From: Myxococcota bacterium
Lineage (GTDB): Bacteria > Myxococcota > JACRCW01
Direction of reading: 5' to 3'
Length of the DNA: 64,000 nucleotides
Assembly (NCBI GenBank): GCA_040752415.1
Contig: JBFMGU010000015.1
Coordinates: 1-64,000 of the forward strand
A program made the translations under genes and the position numbers. Positions within the stretch are counted from its first letter, which is position 1. Each line of letters starts with the position of its first letter. The notes beneath the pieces are model-generated. The model was not told where the DNA came from. It saw nothing but the letters and a program-made list of their open reading frames with translations, and made no database searches. Positions 42,976 to 54,855 of this stretch are shown piece after piece.

Positions 42976-43428
42976 TCACCCCGGCCGACGCGTGGCCCAC
43001 AGCACCAACGCCCGAGCCCCCGCCGCAAAGCCCAGCAGGCTCAGCGCGCCCAGCATTGCCATGAGCCCCGTCAGCAGCGTGTCCATCACCCGTGAGCCGC
43101 CGACGACGTCAGGCAGCTGCACCCGGGGCTCGTTGGGCAGGTAGGTCACGTGCGTGGGCGGGGCGTCCCGCGGGGTGAAGCAGCCGTGGCGGCCTTCCAG
43201 CGTTTCTCCCTGCGTCGTGGTGTACGCGTACACCGCGTAACGACAGGCGCCGCGTGCCCCCTCACCTTCCTCCCAGCGGAGGAACCGCGCGGGCACCGTG
43301 TCTCCCTGCTCGACAAGTCGACTGCGCAGCTCACCGTGCCGGTACGCCAGGCCCATGGCGGCCACGACGAAGACGAGCGCGGTGAGCGCCCACATCCGGA
43401 ACAGCTCACGCAGGGAAGGGATGCTCAC
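42976..43428 (-). CDS. DUF3592-like membrane protein
   Basis: TM helix, V.AR...YAVYAYTT..G....VTYLPNEP, TM helix; start uncertain (GTG 43428 or ATG 43395). Confidence 0.6.
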   Translation of the reverse strand: MSIPSLRELFRMWALTALVFVVAAMGLAYRHGELRSRLVEQGDTVPARFLRWEEGEGARGACRYAVYAYTTTQGETLEGRHGCFTPRDAPPTHVTYLPNEPRVQLPDVVGGSRVMDTLLTGLMAMLGALSLLGFAAGARALVLWATRRPG

Positions 43429-43438
43429 GGAGCGGCGC

Positions 43439-44463
43439 TCAGGCGCGCCAGTCCAGCACCACCTTGCCGCTCTTGCCGCTGCGCATGACCTCGAAGGCCT
43501 CCTGGAAGTCAGCGACGGGGAACTGGTGCGTGAGCACGGGGCGGATGTCCAGGCCGGTCTGCAGCATGGCCACCATCTTGTACCAGGTCTCGAACATCTC
43601 GCGGCCGTAGATGCCCTTGAGGATGAGGCCCTTGAAGATGACCTGGTTCCAGTCAATGGCCGCTTCCGTCGGCGGAATGCCCAGCAACGCCACGCGACCA
43701 CCGTGGTTCATCGCCTTCAGCATCCCCTTGAACGCCTCGGTGTTGCCGCTCATCTCCAGGCCCACGTCAAAGCCTTCCGTCATGTGCAGGTCGCGCATGA
43801 CCTCGTCCAGCGTGGTCTGCTTGATGTTCACCGCGCGCGTGGCGCCCATCTTCCGCGCCAACTCCAGGCGGTAGTCGTTGACGTCGGTGATGACCACGTG
43901 CCGCGCGCCCACGTGCTTGCAGATGGCCACCGCCATGATGCCAATGGGGCCGGCGCCGGTGATGAGCACGTCCTCGCCCACCAGCTCGAACGAGAGCGCG
44001 GTGTGCACGGCGTTGCCCAGCGGGTCCAGGAAGCTGGCAATCTCGTCGGGAACGTCGTCGGGGAGCTTGAACGCGTTGGACGCGGGGATGGCCAGGTACT
44101 CCGCAAAGCAGCCCGGGCGGTTCACTCCCACGCCCACCGTGTTGCGACACAGGTGACGCTTGCCCGCGCGGCAGTTGCGACAATGCCCACAGGTGAGATG
44201 CCCCTCGCCGGAGACGCGGTCACCCTTCTGGAAGCCCTGCACGTGGCTGCCCACCTCGGCAATCTCCCCCACGAACTCATGGCCCACGTGCATGGGCACG
44301 GGGATGGTGCGCTGGCTCCACTCATCCCAGTTGTAGATGTGGATGTCCGTGCCGCAGATGGAGGTCTTGCGGACCTTGATGAGGACGTCATTGGGGCCGA
44401 TCTCCGGACGCGGGACGTCCTCCATCCAGATGCCGGGCTCACGCTTGGCCTTGACGAGCGCTT

Positions 44464-44467
<4 letters not shown>
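43439..44467 (-). CDS. tdh: L-threonine 3-dehydrogenase
   Basis: [47 protein letters not shown]. Confidence 0.97.
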
Positions 44468-45654
<1,187 letters not shown>

Positions 45655-45936
45655 GGTCTCCTCGCCGTTCCCGCCCGGGGCGCGCATGAGTCAGGCAGGG
45701 GCGCTCCGGTGTCAAGCCTGGGCTTGGGCGGGCTTCGGCGCGGTGCGGCAGACGCGCTCCACGTTGCCGACGGGCCGGTGCGCGAACCGCGTGCGCCCCG
45801 GGGAACCCGAGCGAAACCGCGGGCTTGACGTCCTGCGTCACCCGCCTTGACAGCGGATGCGCCCCGCACCTACCAACCCGCTTCCCACGGCGCCAGGCCC
45901 CTTTCCGGCGGCCCACGACGGCGCGGAGCGAGTGCC

Positions 45937-46503
45937 ATGAACAGGATCAAGCTGGGTCTCGGAGTTTCCCTCCTCTCGTTGCTCACCACGGGCTGCTGGA
46001 TCTTCACCACGTTCCCGCTGGACGGGACCAACGGCATGCAGGGTGAGTACGGCGGCTTGATCAAGCGCGTGCTGAAGGGTCGTGAGACCACCTTCCTGGG
46101 CGGCGGCACGGCGAGCCAGCAGCACGACACCGAGGAGGAGCGCGACCTGGTCATCATCATCGAGGACAACGACGAGGGTGGCGCGGTGGTGTTCGGCCTG
46201 GAGTGCGACCTGCCGGTGAGCGTGCAGGGACCGCAGGAGCTCAAGCTGGGCGGGGACGTGACCTGTACGCGTCGCACGCGGGATGAGGTGACGCAGACGG
46301 GCGGCACCATTGTGCAGACGGAGCTGGTGCAGACCTACACCTTCAGCGACCTGACCGTGACCAAGACCGGCCAGCCGCGCGAGATCACGCTGGAGGCCAG
46401 CGGCAATTACCTGGAGGTCACCTTCAGCAACGGCAGCAAGGTGCGCGAGTACAACGCGGACTTCGAGTACAGCTACGAGGGCACGCGCATCTCGGCGGAG
46501 TGA
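45937..46503 (+). CDS. Hypothetical lipoprotein
   Basis: MNRIKLGLGVSLLSLLTTGC lipobox; beta-rich mature part; strong GC3 bias. Confidence 0.75.
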   Translation: MNRIKLGLGVSLLSLLTTGCWIFTTFPLDGTNGMQGEYGGLIKRVLKGRETTFLGGGTASQQHDTEEERDLVIIIEDNDEGGAVVFGLECDLPVSVQGPQELKLGGDVTCTRRTRDEVTQTGGTIVQTELVQTYTFSDLTVTKTGQPREITLEASGNYLEVTFSNGSKVREYNADFEYSYEGTRISAE

Positions 46504-46679
46504 TCCTCGCCACATTGCGGATGCCACCTCCGGCCCCACGTCCCGACCAGCTCTGTCGGCGTGGGGCCGCGGTGTTTCTGCGCAGACCCGACGCCGCGGA
46601 ACGCTGTTGACCCCGCTGGCGGTCGCCCCCACACTTCGCTAGTCGGAGTCGGACCCGGGCGGGGGAGTGGCAGGAAGCC

Positions 46680-48413
46680 TTGCGCAACGTCCAGGAAATC
46701 TTTGGCCGTTATCTCCTGCTCGAGCAGCTGGACGCCGAGGGTGCGGAGTCCTGGCTGGGCGTGGGGCTGGACCTGAGGGACTCCGACGCGCACGTGGTGG
46801 TGCGCCGGGTGCCGCTGTGGGTGACCCGCCGGCGCGCGCGGCTGCGGGAGATGGAACGTGAGGTGGGCTGGCGCTCGCTGGGGGCGGATGCGTCGCTGCC
46901 GCGCGTGGTGGACAGCGGGATGGTGGGGGAGGTGCCGTACCTGGCGTACGCGTACGTGCCCGGCCTGACGGTGCAGCAGCTGCTGGATGCCGTGACGGCG
47001 GGACAGGCACCGCCGCCGCCGGGCGTGGTGATGATGCTGGCCATCTGCATGGTGAACGCCATGCACGCGCTGGACAGCGCCGGGGCGGAGGACCTGGTGC
47101 GGGTGCATTTCTCACCGTCACGCGTGGTGTTGCCGTGGGAGGGATTCCCGGTGCTGGTGGGCCCGGGACGCGCGGCCGCGGCGGGACCCTCGCGGGAAGG
47201 GCTGTACGGGCTGGCCAACATGTTGTTCCGCTGTCTGACCGGACAGGGTGCGCTGCAGTGCGGTCAGCGGGTGCCGGATATCCGCGCGCTCAATCCCGCG
47301 GTGCCGCGTGCGTTCGCGGAGCAGGTGACCGCGTGCCTCGACGGTCGACTCACCGAGCAGGACCTGGGCCGCTTTGGCAACGCGGTGGAGTCGGTGCTGG
47401 CGGCGGAGGAGCACCGCACCGCGGAGGATCTGCAGGCGTACCTGGAGGCAACGTTCCCGCGTCAGCGACAGGGCTGGGAGGCGCGTCGGCTGGTGCATGA
47501 GCGGTTGCGGCGCAAGCTGCGCAGGGAGCGGACCGCGCGACCTTCCGTCGACGCCATGGCCACGGTGGTGGAGGTGAAATTCCGGAGGGCGGAGCGCGGT
47601 TCCGCCAGCGTGGGGATGGAGGAGGTGCTGCCCAGCGTCCGTGCGGACCCGCAGGCGTTCCTCAAGGAGGACACGCAGGACACCACGGTGGTGAACCTGG
47701 TGCAGCCGGTGCCGCTCACCGCCGCGCGTCCCGCACCCAACCTGGAAATCCCGCGGGGCCACGTCATCCTCACGCGCGACGGGCGGGAGATGGTGCGCAT
47801 CCCGGCGGGGCCGTTTCTCTTTGGCTCACCGTCGAGCTCGGTGGTGTTGCCGGAGTTCTTCATCGACCGCTTCCCGGTGACCAACACGGACTACGAACGC
47901 TTCCTGTTCGAGACGGAGCACCCCGCGCCACCGCACTGGAGCGGGCGGTCCGCACCGCGCGGGTTGGAGGAACACCCGGTGGTGGGCGTCTCCCACGCGG
48001 ATGCGCAGGCGTATGCCACGTGGGCGGGGAAGTCGCTGCCTGTCGAGGAGGAATGGGAGAAGGCGGCGCGTGGGACGCAGGGATGGTTGTGGCCCCATGG
48101 GCCCGCGTTCCACCAGGAGCACGTGAGCCCGGAGTGGCGGAAGCGTCACGTCGAGAGGAAGACCATCCCGGTGGGGCGCTACTCGCCGCGCGGGGAGAGC
48201 CCGTTCGGCATTGCCGACGTGGGACATCTCTGGGAGTGGACGGCCACGCGGTACACCAACCCGGGCGCGTACGTGGTGCGGGGCGGGGTGTGGCGCAACC
48301 GCCAGGAGCCGGCGCAGGTCATCAACCGCAGCTACGAGGATGGGCGCGCGCCGGATGTGGGATTCCGCTGCATGGTTTCACCCGAGGGCGTGGCGGTGAT
48401 CCGCCTGGATTGA
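46680..48413 (+). CDS. Degenerate kinase-like domain fused to FGE-sulfatase (SUMF1-like) domain
   Basis: FGRYLLLEQL N-terminus without catalytic motifs; C-terminal PVTN..Y..F, HPVVGVS..DA.AY..W, LP.EEEWEKAARG, GFRC. Confidence 0.8.
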   Translation: MRNVQEIFGRYLLLEQLDAEGAESWLGVGLDLRDSDAHVVVRRVPLWVTRRRARLREMEREVGWRSLGADASLPRVVDSGMVGEVPYLAYAYVPGLTVQQLLDAVTAGQAPPPPGVVMMLAICMVNAMHALDSAGAEDLVRVHFSPSRVVLPWEGFPVLVGPGRAAAAGPSREGLYGLANMLFRCLTGQGALQCGQRVPDIRALNPAVPRAFAEQVTACLDGRLTEQDLGRFGNAVESVLAAEEHRTAEDLQAYLEATFPRQRQGWEARRLVHERLRRKLRRERTARPSVDAMATVVEVKFRRAERGSASVGMEEVLPSVRADPQAFLKEDTQDTTVVNLVQPVPLTAARPAPNLEIPRGHVILTRDGREMVRIPAGPFLFGSPSSSVVLPEFFIDRFPVTNTDYERFLFETEHPAPPHWSGRSAPRGLEEHPVVGVSHADAQAYATWAGKSLPVEEEWEKAARGTQGWLWPHGPAFHQEHVSPEWRKRHVERKTIPVGRYSPRGESPFGIADVGHLWEWTATRYTNPGAYVVRGGVWRNRQEPAQVINRSYEDGRAPDVGFRCMVSPEGVAVIRLD

Positions 48414-48448
48414 CGCGAGAGCTGGTCGTCCCAGGCCTTCGCGTCGAC

Positions 48449-49465
48449 TTAGAGTGAGCGCGGGTCCTCCAACGCCTCTGCCGTGCACGCGCGTCCCATG
48501 CCTCCGCTGGTCACCGGGTTGCACCTTGAGGGCGTGCCGCCCGGAATCTCCACCCAGTAATCCCAGCCTCCATCCGGCGCGGGGTAGTCCGTCGTCACGA
48601 TGTGCGCTCCCGACTCCAGCGCCGCCTGCAGCCGTGACCGGTCTCCCTGGCTGGGCTCCACGCTGTCCGCATCCGCCCGCGTCCGCACCAGCAGCCCCGC
48701 CGACAACGCCGCCACGATCTTCGCCTGGTCCGCGATGGGATCATTAAGCACCGCGAAGGCCGCGAAGGACTGCCCCGCCTCCGAGTTCACGAACATGAGC
48801 CGTCCGTCGAGGTCCTGCCCGCCGTGCGTGTAGAAGTCACGGAACCCACCGGCGTCATCCCAGGCCAGCAGCACCTTCCCGCGCGTCTGGCGCAGCGTGG
48901 GCCACCCTCGTCGCACGCCCTCCGCCAGCGTGGGCGCGTCACCCTGCACCATGGCTGGCGTGATGAGCTTCTCGCCCCACACCTCGCGCGCAATGGCCTC
49001 GGCGGCTTGCGTGAAGGCCTCGTACACGTCGGGCGTGACGTTTCCCTTGGCCTCCATCTGGATGACCATGGGGTGATGCATGGGATGGGCATCCGACCAC
49101 GCGCGCAGCACGGAGAAGCACGCGCGCAGGTCCAGGCAGGTGCTCACCTGGTCTGCGTAGGGGATGTGGAACACGCGCACGCCGCCCGCGTCCGGCATCC
49201 AGTGCAGGTCCAGCTCAAAGGCGCGCACGCCCTGGCGCTCGGCCTGCTCGTCGAGCGGCGCGTGCGTGTAGTTCCACGCGAGCAGGTCCGCGTCGCCGCG
49301 GTAGTGGTAGCTGTTGTGCGTGCCCTTGGCCTGGATTTGGAACATCGTCCAGACATCATCCTCGGCGTAGACAAACGGCGCCGGCCCGCCGTCCACGTTG
49401 GATGACGACGTGAGCGGGCAACCCATCAGCGCCAGGGAAGCGACCAGCGCGGTGCGTGCGTTCAT
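48449..49465 (-). CDS. PI-PLC-like phosphodiesterase lipoprotein
   Basis: LMGC lipobox; GTHNSYH, GVRAFELDLH, WPTL...RGK, VRTRAD, SGAHIVTTDYP. Confidence 0.82.
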   Translation of the reverse strand: MNARTALVASLALMGCPLTSSSNVDGGPAPFVYAEDDVWTMFQIQAKGTHNSYHYRGDADLLAWNYTHAPLDEQAERQGVRAFELDLHWMPDAGGVRVFHIPYADQVSTCLDLRACFSVLRAWSDAHPMHHPMVIQMEAKGNVTPDVYEAFTQAAEAIAREVWGEKLITPAMVQGDAPTLAEGVRRGWPTLRQTRGKVLLAWDDAGGFRDFYTHGGQDLDGRLMFVNSEAGQSFAAFAVLNDPIADQAKIVAALSAGLLVRTRADADSVEPSQGDRSRLQAALESGAHIVTTDYPAPDGGWDYWVEIPGGTPSRCNPVTSGGMGRACTAEALEDPRSL

Positions 49466-49489
49466 GGGCCGCCAGCATAGCGCAACCGC

Positions 49490-50002
49490 TCAGCCCGCCC
49501 GTGTGAACCACGCATCAAACGTGACCAGCACGCGGTCCTTCACCTTGATGGCGCCCAGCGGACCTTTCACCTCGGCAATGCCCAGCGCGGCCAGGGAGAG
49601 CTCCACCTCCCCGGTGACATGCCCTTCTCCGTCGTGACGCGCGCGACCCGTGAACGATGCCCGACGGGAACCTGCCTCCAGCGTGAACGTGGGCGCACCG
49701 CCCGCGGGCATCCGCGCCGTCACCCGCACCTCGCGCGCGCCGGCAAACACCTCGTCCCGGATGCGCTCCTCGATCTTCGCCCGGTCCGACGCACTCAGCA
49801 CCCCGCGGTCCACCGCGCCCTTCTTCAGCACCCCATCCACCCGCAGTCCGCGGACGGGGAAGATGACTGTCGCTGTGTCCCCGTCGGAGACCGAGCCTGA
49901 CTGGGGCTCCGCGGTGATGACCAGGTCGTGCGCCAGGGCGGACAGCACGCCGGTGGCCCACGTCTGCACGGTGACGCGCGTGCGCGCGGTGTCCAGCTTC
50001 AT
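49490..50002 (-). CDS. YceI-like protein
   Basis: GVLSALAHDL; GI..VKGPLGAIKVKDRV.V.FD; ATGA overlap with the upstream gene. Confidence 0.65.
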   Translation of the reverse strand: MKLDTARTRVTVQTWATGVLSALAHDLVITAEPQSGSVSDGDTATVIFPVRGLRVDGVLKKGAVDRGVLSASDRAKIEERIRDEVFAGAREVRVTARMPAGGAPTFTLEAGSRRASFTGRARHDGEGHVTGEVELSLAALGIAEVKGPLGAIKVKDRVLVTFDAWFTRAG

Positions 50003-50967
50003 GGCTGCTCCATCTGCCGCAGTCCCTCCTCGCGCGTCATGCGACCCACGTAGCCAATTTCCCGTCGAGCCTTGGCATCGCTGACGGTGACCTCCTCGCC
50101 CACCAGCAGCACCGCGGTGCGGGTGACGGGCGGCGCGCCGGCCAGGTGGAACGTGCGCCACACCGCTTCCGCCGTCGACGCGGCCGCGTAGGCCAGCCAG
50201 CGGGGAATGCTCCCGTTGCCCGGGTCCACGCCCTGCGTCTTCAGCATGGCCGTCATGAAACCGCGGAACTCCACCGGCTCCCCGTCGGTGAGGAAGTAGA
50301 TCTCCCCCGGGCGACCCCGTTCCGCGGCGGCCATGAGCCCCTCGCACACGTTGGCCACGTGGCACGTGGAGGTCAGGTAGTGCCCGCCGTCAAACCAGCG
50401 GAACTGCCCGCGCTTCACCGCCTCCACGAACTTGGGCAGCAGCGACGTGTCCCCCTTGCCCCAGATGAAGCGCGGCCGACACACCACCGTCTCCAGCCCG
50501 TTGCCATTGGCCGCCAGCACGCGCTCCTCGGCCAGTCCCTTGGTCAGCGGGTAGAGCCCCAGCGGATGACGCGGTCGCGGGCGCGTCTCATCCACCCGCA
50601 CCAGCGGCGTCCCGTCGACGAGCACCGCCTCCGTCCCCACGTGCACCACGCGTTTCACGCCGGCAGCACGCGCCGCGGCCAGGACCCGCTCGGTCCCGCC
50701 CACGTTCACGCGCATGAAGTCCTCCAGCCGGCCCCAATCCTCCACGTGCGCGGCGGCGTGGAAGACCACGTCACATCCCGCCATTCCGCGCGCCATGGCG
50801 TCCTGCTGGTCCAGGTCACCCTCGACGGGAACCGCGCCCAGCACACGCACCGCTTCGGCGGACTTGGGCGACCGCGTCAGGGCCGCCACGTCGTGACCCT
50901 GGTCCTTCAGCTGGCGGATGAGATTGCGCCCCACAAATCCCGACCCGCCCGTCACGAATGCTCGCAT
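49999..50967 (-). CDS. Extended SDR, NAD-dependent epimerase / 3-beta-HSD-like
   Basis: TGGSGFVG, VFHAAA, YPLTK, RPRFIWG.GD. Confidence 0.9.
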   Translation of the reverse strand: MRAFVTGGSGFVGRNLIRQLKDQGHDVAALTRSPKSAEAVRVLGAVPVEGDLDQQDAMARGMAGCDVVFHAAAHVEDWGRLEDFMRVNVGGTERVLAAARAAGVKRVVHVGTEAVLVDGTPLVRVDETRPRPRHPLGLYPLTKGLAEERVLAANGNGLETVVCRPRFIWGKGDTSLLPKFVEAVKRGQFRWFDGGHYLTSTCHVANVCEGLMAAAERGRPGEIYFLTDGEPVEFRGFMTAMLKTQGVDPGNGSIPRWLAYAAASTAEAVWRTFHLAGAPPVTRTAVLLVGEEVTVSDAKARREIGYVGRMTREEGLRQMEQP

Positions 50968-51086
50968 CCCGCCGTGATGCAACGGTTGCAGCCCGCGCGC
51001 AACGGGCGCATCATGCGCGGTGCTGCCCGCCCGTTCAGTCACGTCTGCCCGCTCCCGCACCGTCGGGGTCCGGGGCCAGGAGCGCA

Positions 51087-52463
51087 ATGGACGAGACCGA
51101 GACCATTGAGCTCCCAGCCGGCTCGCCACCGCAGGCCCTGGGTCGGTATCTCCTGCTCCAGCTCATTGGTGAGGGCGGCATGGCCCAGGTGTGGCGCGGC
51201 GTGAGCGTGGGCACCGCCGGCTTCACCAAGCCCGTGGCCGTCAAGCGCATCCTCCCGCACCTCGCCGGGGAGCGCGCCTTCGTCAACATGTTCATCGACG
51301 AGGCCAAGATCGCCTCCACCATTTCGCACCCCAACGTGGTGCAGGTGCTGGACCTCGGCGAGGAGGAGGGCGCGCACTACATCGTCATGGAGTACGTGGC
51401 GGGACGCTCCCTGGCCTCCGTGCAGGAGACGTTTCGCGCGCGCGGCAAGAGCCTGCCGGTGGGCTTCTGCCTGGAGGTGGTCCACCAGACGCTGATGGGA
51501 CTGAAGGCCGCGCACCAGAAGAAGGACAGCGCGGGTAGACCCATGAACATCATCCACCGCGACGTCAGCCCGTCGAACATCCTCGTCGGGTACAACGGCG
51601 TGGTGAAGCTGGGAGACTTTGGCATTGCGCGCGCCAACAGCCGCCTCTCCCGCACGGAGGTGGGGACGCTGCGCGGCAAGCCCGCGTACATGGCGCCGGA
51701 GATGGTGAAGGAGGCGGGCGTCGACCATCGCGCGGACATCTACGCCGTGGGCGTGGTGCTCCATGAGCTGATTGCCATGAAGCCCATGCGTGAAGGCCAC
51801 ACCGCGCAGCTCCTCTTTGACGTCACCGCCGGCACCTATCCGCGCCTGGCGGACCTGGGCGTCAACGCGCCGCCGTCCATCCAGAAGCTCGTGGACAAGG
51901 CGCTGGCGCCGGACCTGGAGAAACGCTTCCGCGACGCGCACGCCTTTGCCGCCGCGGTGCGTGAGGTGGCCGCCGAGCTCAAGGAGGAATGGACCCCGGA
52001 GCGGGTCAGCGCGCTCATGCTGGAGACCTTCCCCGACGAGGCCGCCAAGGAAGGCGAGGCGGAGCGCGTGCAGACCCAGACGCTCTCCAACTGGCGCGAC
52101 GGCACCCCCGCGGCCACGCCTCGTCCCGCCGGGGTTCCCTCCACTTCGGGGGAGAAACGTCCGGTCCCGGTTCCCTTCCACCGCAACCTCGTGGTGGCGC
52201 AGCCCGCGCGACGAGGTGTGCCGCGTTGGTGGTGGGTGGCGGGCGTGGTGGCGGTGCTGCTGGTGGGCGGCGGTGCGGCCTACCTGGTGACGGAGAAGCC
52301 GTGGGCCGCGGGAGAGAAGACCGTGCAGACCGAGGAGCCCGGAAGCCGTCCTCCCAGCACGCGCAAACGTCCCGTCCGTCGGGCGCGGCCGCGCAGCAGC
52401 ACTCCGGCCGAGGGCGCACCCCGCGGCGAGAACGCGGACAGGGCCAATCACCACCGGCGTTAG
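51087..52463 (+). CDS. Membrane-anchored Ser/Thr protein kinase
   Basis: GEGGMA, VAVKRI, HRDVSPSN, DFG, APE; C-terminal TM helix (WWWVAGVVAVLLVGG). Confidence 0.92.
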   Translation: MDETETIELPAGSPPQALGRYLLLQLIGEGGMAQVWRGVSVGTAGFTKPVAVKRILPHLAGERAFVNMFIDEAKIASTISHPNVVQVLDLGEEEGAHYIVMEYVAGRSLASVQETFRARGKSLPVGFCLEVVHQTLMGLKAAHQKKDSAGRPMNIIHRDVSPSNILVGYNGVVKLGDFGIARANSRLSRTEVGTLRGKPAYMAPEMVKEAGVDHRADIYAVGVVLHELIAMKPMREGHTAQLLFDVTAGTYPRLADLGVNAPPSIQKLVDKALAPDLEKRFRDAHAFAAAVREVAAELKEEWTPERVSALMLETFPDEAAKEGEAERVQTQTLSNWRDGTPAATPRPAGVPSTSGEKRPVPVPFHRNLVVAQPARRGVPRWWWVAGVVAVLLVGGGAAYLVTEKPWAAGEKTVQTEEPGSRPPSTRKRPVRRARPRSSTPAEGAPRGENADRANHHRR

Positions 52464-52621
52464 GCCTGCTTAGCGTACGCACTGGCCCACGCTGCGCGGC
52501 CCCGTTACGTCGACGGAAAGCATGATGTGACGGTGAGGCAGCCGCGCCATGCGTGTGGTCTGCCGTGGGCTTCCGCGGGTCCCACTCCCCGTGCCGCCCG
52601 CCCCCACGACGGAGCATCTCC

Positions 52622-53830
52622 ATGATCGGTGGCTTCCGACTGCTGCGCATCTGCGGGATCGACATCCACCTGGACTGGAGCCTGGTGTTCATCTTCGCCA
52701 TGGTGGCGTTCAACCTCGGCCTCGGCGTGATTCCGCTGTGGCACCCGGACTGGGGAGAGACCACCACGTGGCTCGTGTCCAGCTTCGCCGCGGTGCTGTT
52801 CGTCTCGTCGGTGCTGGTCCATGAGCTCAGCCATGCGCTGGTGGCCAAGGCTCATGGCATCCCGGTTCCACGCATCACGCTGTTCATCTTCGGCGGCATG
52901 GCCAACATCGAGCGGGAGCCCGCCACCGCGCGCGCGGAGCTGCTCATCGCCAGCGCCGGCCCCGTGGTCAGCTTGCTGCTGGGACTGGGTTGCATGGGCA
53001 CCGCGCTGGGGCTCAACGCGCAACCCATGATGCTCACCGAGGAGACGCTGCTGCTGGTGCGCCAGATGGGTCCGGTCTCGACGCTGCTGGCCTGGTTGGG
53101 GCCGGTCAACGTCATCCTCGCCATCTTCAACATGGTGCCCGCATTCCCGCTGGACGGCGGACGCGTGCTGCGCGCCGGACTCTGGGCCGTCAGCGGCAAT
53201 CACCATCTCGCCACGCGGTGCGCCGCGCGGACCGGGCAGGCTTTTGGCGCCGTCCTGTTGAGCAGTGGCGTCGTCATGGCGTTGGGACGGGAGATTCCGC
53301 TGTTGGGCAGCGGGCTGGTGCAGGGAATGTGGACCGCGTTCATCGGCTGGTTCCTGGTGAACGCCGCGTCGTCGGCGTTGCGCCAGAACCGGCTGCAGGA
53401 GCTGTTGGAGCAGGTGCTGGTGGAGGAGCTCATGCGCACCAACCTGGCCACCGTCTCGCCGGACACGGACGTGCAGACCCTGGTGCGGGAGCACCTCATG
53501 CCCGCGCGGGACCCCGTGATGCCGGTGGTGGACGGGGAAACCTGGTTGGGCATGGTGGGGCTGTCCGACGTGGACAAGGTCAACCGCGCCCACTGGGACA
53601 TGGTGACGGTGGCGGAGATCATGACGCCGGCCTCCGAGATCCTGGTGGCGCAGCGGGGACAGGATGCGTTGCAGGCGCTCAAGGACCTGGGAGAGCAGGA
53701 CAGCGCGCACATGCCGGTGGTCGACGGAGGAAGGCTGCTGGGGCTGCTCTGGCAGCAGGACATCATCCAGTGGCTGGAGATGGCCACGCATTCCCCCCGG
53801 GACCTGGGAAACACGGCGGAAGCGCATTGA
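52622..53830 (+). CDS. Site-2 protease (M50) with CBS pair
   Basis: HELSH, AGP, FNMVPAFPLDGGR; C-terminal CBS repeats. Confidence 0.92.
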   Translation: MIGGFRLLRICGIDIHLDWSLVFIFAMVAFNLGLGVIPLWHPDWGETTTWLVSSFAAVLFVSSVLVHELSHALVAKAHGIPVPRITLFIFGGMANIEREPATARAELLIASAGPVVSLLLGLGCMGTALGLNAQPMMLTEETLLLVRQMGPVSTLLAWLGPVNVILAIFNMVPAFPLDGGRVLRAGLWAVSGNHHLATRCAARTGQAFGAVLLSSGVVMALGREIPLLGSGLVQGMWTAFIGWFLVNAASSALRQNRLQELLEQVLVEELMRTNLATVSPDTDVQTLVREHLMPARDPVMPVVDGETWLGMVGLSDVDKVNRAHWDMVTVAEIMTPASEILVAQRGQDALQALKDLGEQDSAHMPVVDGGRLLGLLWQQDIIQWLEMATHSPRDLGNTAEAH

Positions 53831-53961
53831 CGCGCGCACCACGGAGCCGGTTGCCCGACGGAACTGCGACGTTATCCTACGAAGGAGCCCCTCACATGTT
53901 CGCGCTCCGCGGGCCACGCGCACGGCGTGGTGACGCCGGATTGCCACCCAAGGACCCACGG

Positions 53962-54639
53962 ATGCACATCACGCGGCGGACTCCCATCCTGGTTCTCCTT
54001 GGCGCGCTGGGCATCCCGTCACCGTCCCTGGCGGACGTGCAGGACGTGCCGGTGCCTTCCGTCGAGAAGGAACCGGTGCAAGCCCCCGCGCAGAAGGGCA
54101 GCAGCTCCCTCAAGAAGGACGAAGAGCCCGTCATCCCACCCGCCACGCCCGAGAACGGCGCGCTCACCGGCAAGCCCCGCCCCCGTCCGGGTGAGCCGGC
54201 ACGCGCGGAGGAGCAGAAGCGTCGCAAGCATGACACCACGGCGCCAGCTCCCGCGGAGTCCAATGGCACGCGTCTCCGTCGTCGGCTGGGGGAGGGCGGC
54301 GCGCCGTTCACGGGTCCGGAGCGACACCCCCAGACGACGGGCAGGCTGGACGCGCGCCTGGTGGAGCCGGAGCGGAACGCGGAGCGCAAGAGCGCCACCG
54401 TCGAGGTTTCCTTGCGCGGCGTGCAGCTCGTGGACCCTGCCAGCGTGCAGGAGAATCCGCGCGCGGGGCAGGCCCACCTGCAATACCGGCTCGACGACGG
54501 CCCCGTGATTGCCACCACCAGCACGCGTCTGAGCTTCCAGGATCTCACGTCGGGTGAGCACGAGGTGGTGGTGATGCTTGCCGGCAATGACAGTCAGCCG
54601 CTGGGACCCAGGGAGACACTCAACTTCACGATTCCATGA
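53962..54639 (+). CDS. Secreted hypothetical protein with DUF6130/DUF4399-like beta domain
   Basis: Signal peptide, Pro-rich linker, GQAHLQYRLDD...GEHEVVVMLAGND..PL. Confidence 0.65.
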   Translation: MHITRRTPILVLLGALGIPSPSLADVQDVPVPSVEKEPVQAPAQKGSSSLKKDEEPVIPPATPENGALTGKPRPRPGEPARAEEQKRRKHDTTAPAPAESNGTRLRRRLGEGGAPFTGPERHPQTTGRLDARLVEPERNAERKSATVEVSLRGVQLVDPASVQENPRAGQAHLQYRLDDGPVIATTSTRLSFQDLTSGEHEVVVMLAGNDSQPLGPRETLNFTIP

Positions 54640-54855
54640 TGTGGCGCTCGCGGCATGACGGGTTGGGTCATCCGCGGGTGAAACAGGGAGCGGCCTGAGG
54701 CCGAGGGTGGGCCGCGGTCCTGCCGGACAAGGCGCCTGGTGTTCCAACACCGGGAATCCTGCCCGGTGGCACCGCGGCCATTTTCTTTCCCCTCGCTCGA
54801 CGTGACGGTCACCCCGGAGGCACGCTTTCCGGGAAGCTCAACGACGAGGAACGTC

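Noticed and set aside
45690..45770. Glycine-riboswitch-like words (GGAGCG...CGCCGAAG...CAGG) on the minus strand upstream of kbl
   Set aside because: Spacing is too short for the P3 arm and the CUCUCAGG core is absent; an Infernal search with the Rfam glycine model would settle it.
45826..45840. TGACG-N5-CGTCA palindrome in the kbl/lipoprotein divergent region
   Set aside because: Single short occurrence with no regulator to assign; could be chance.
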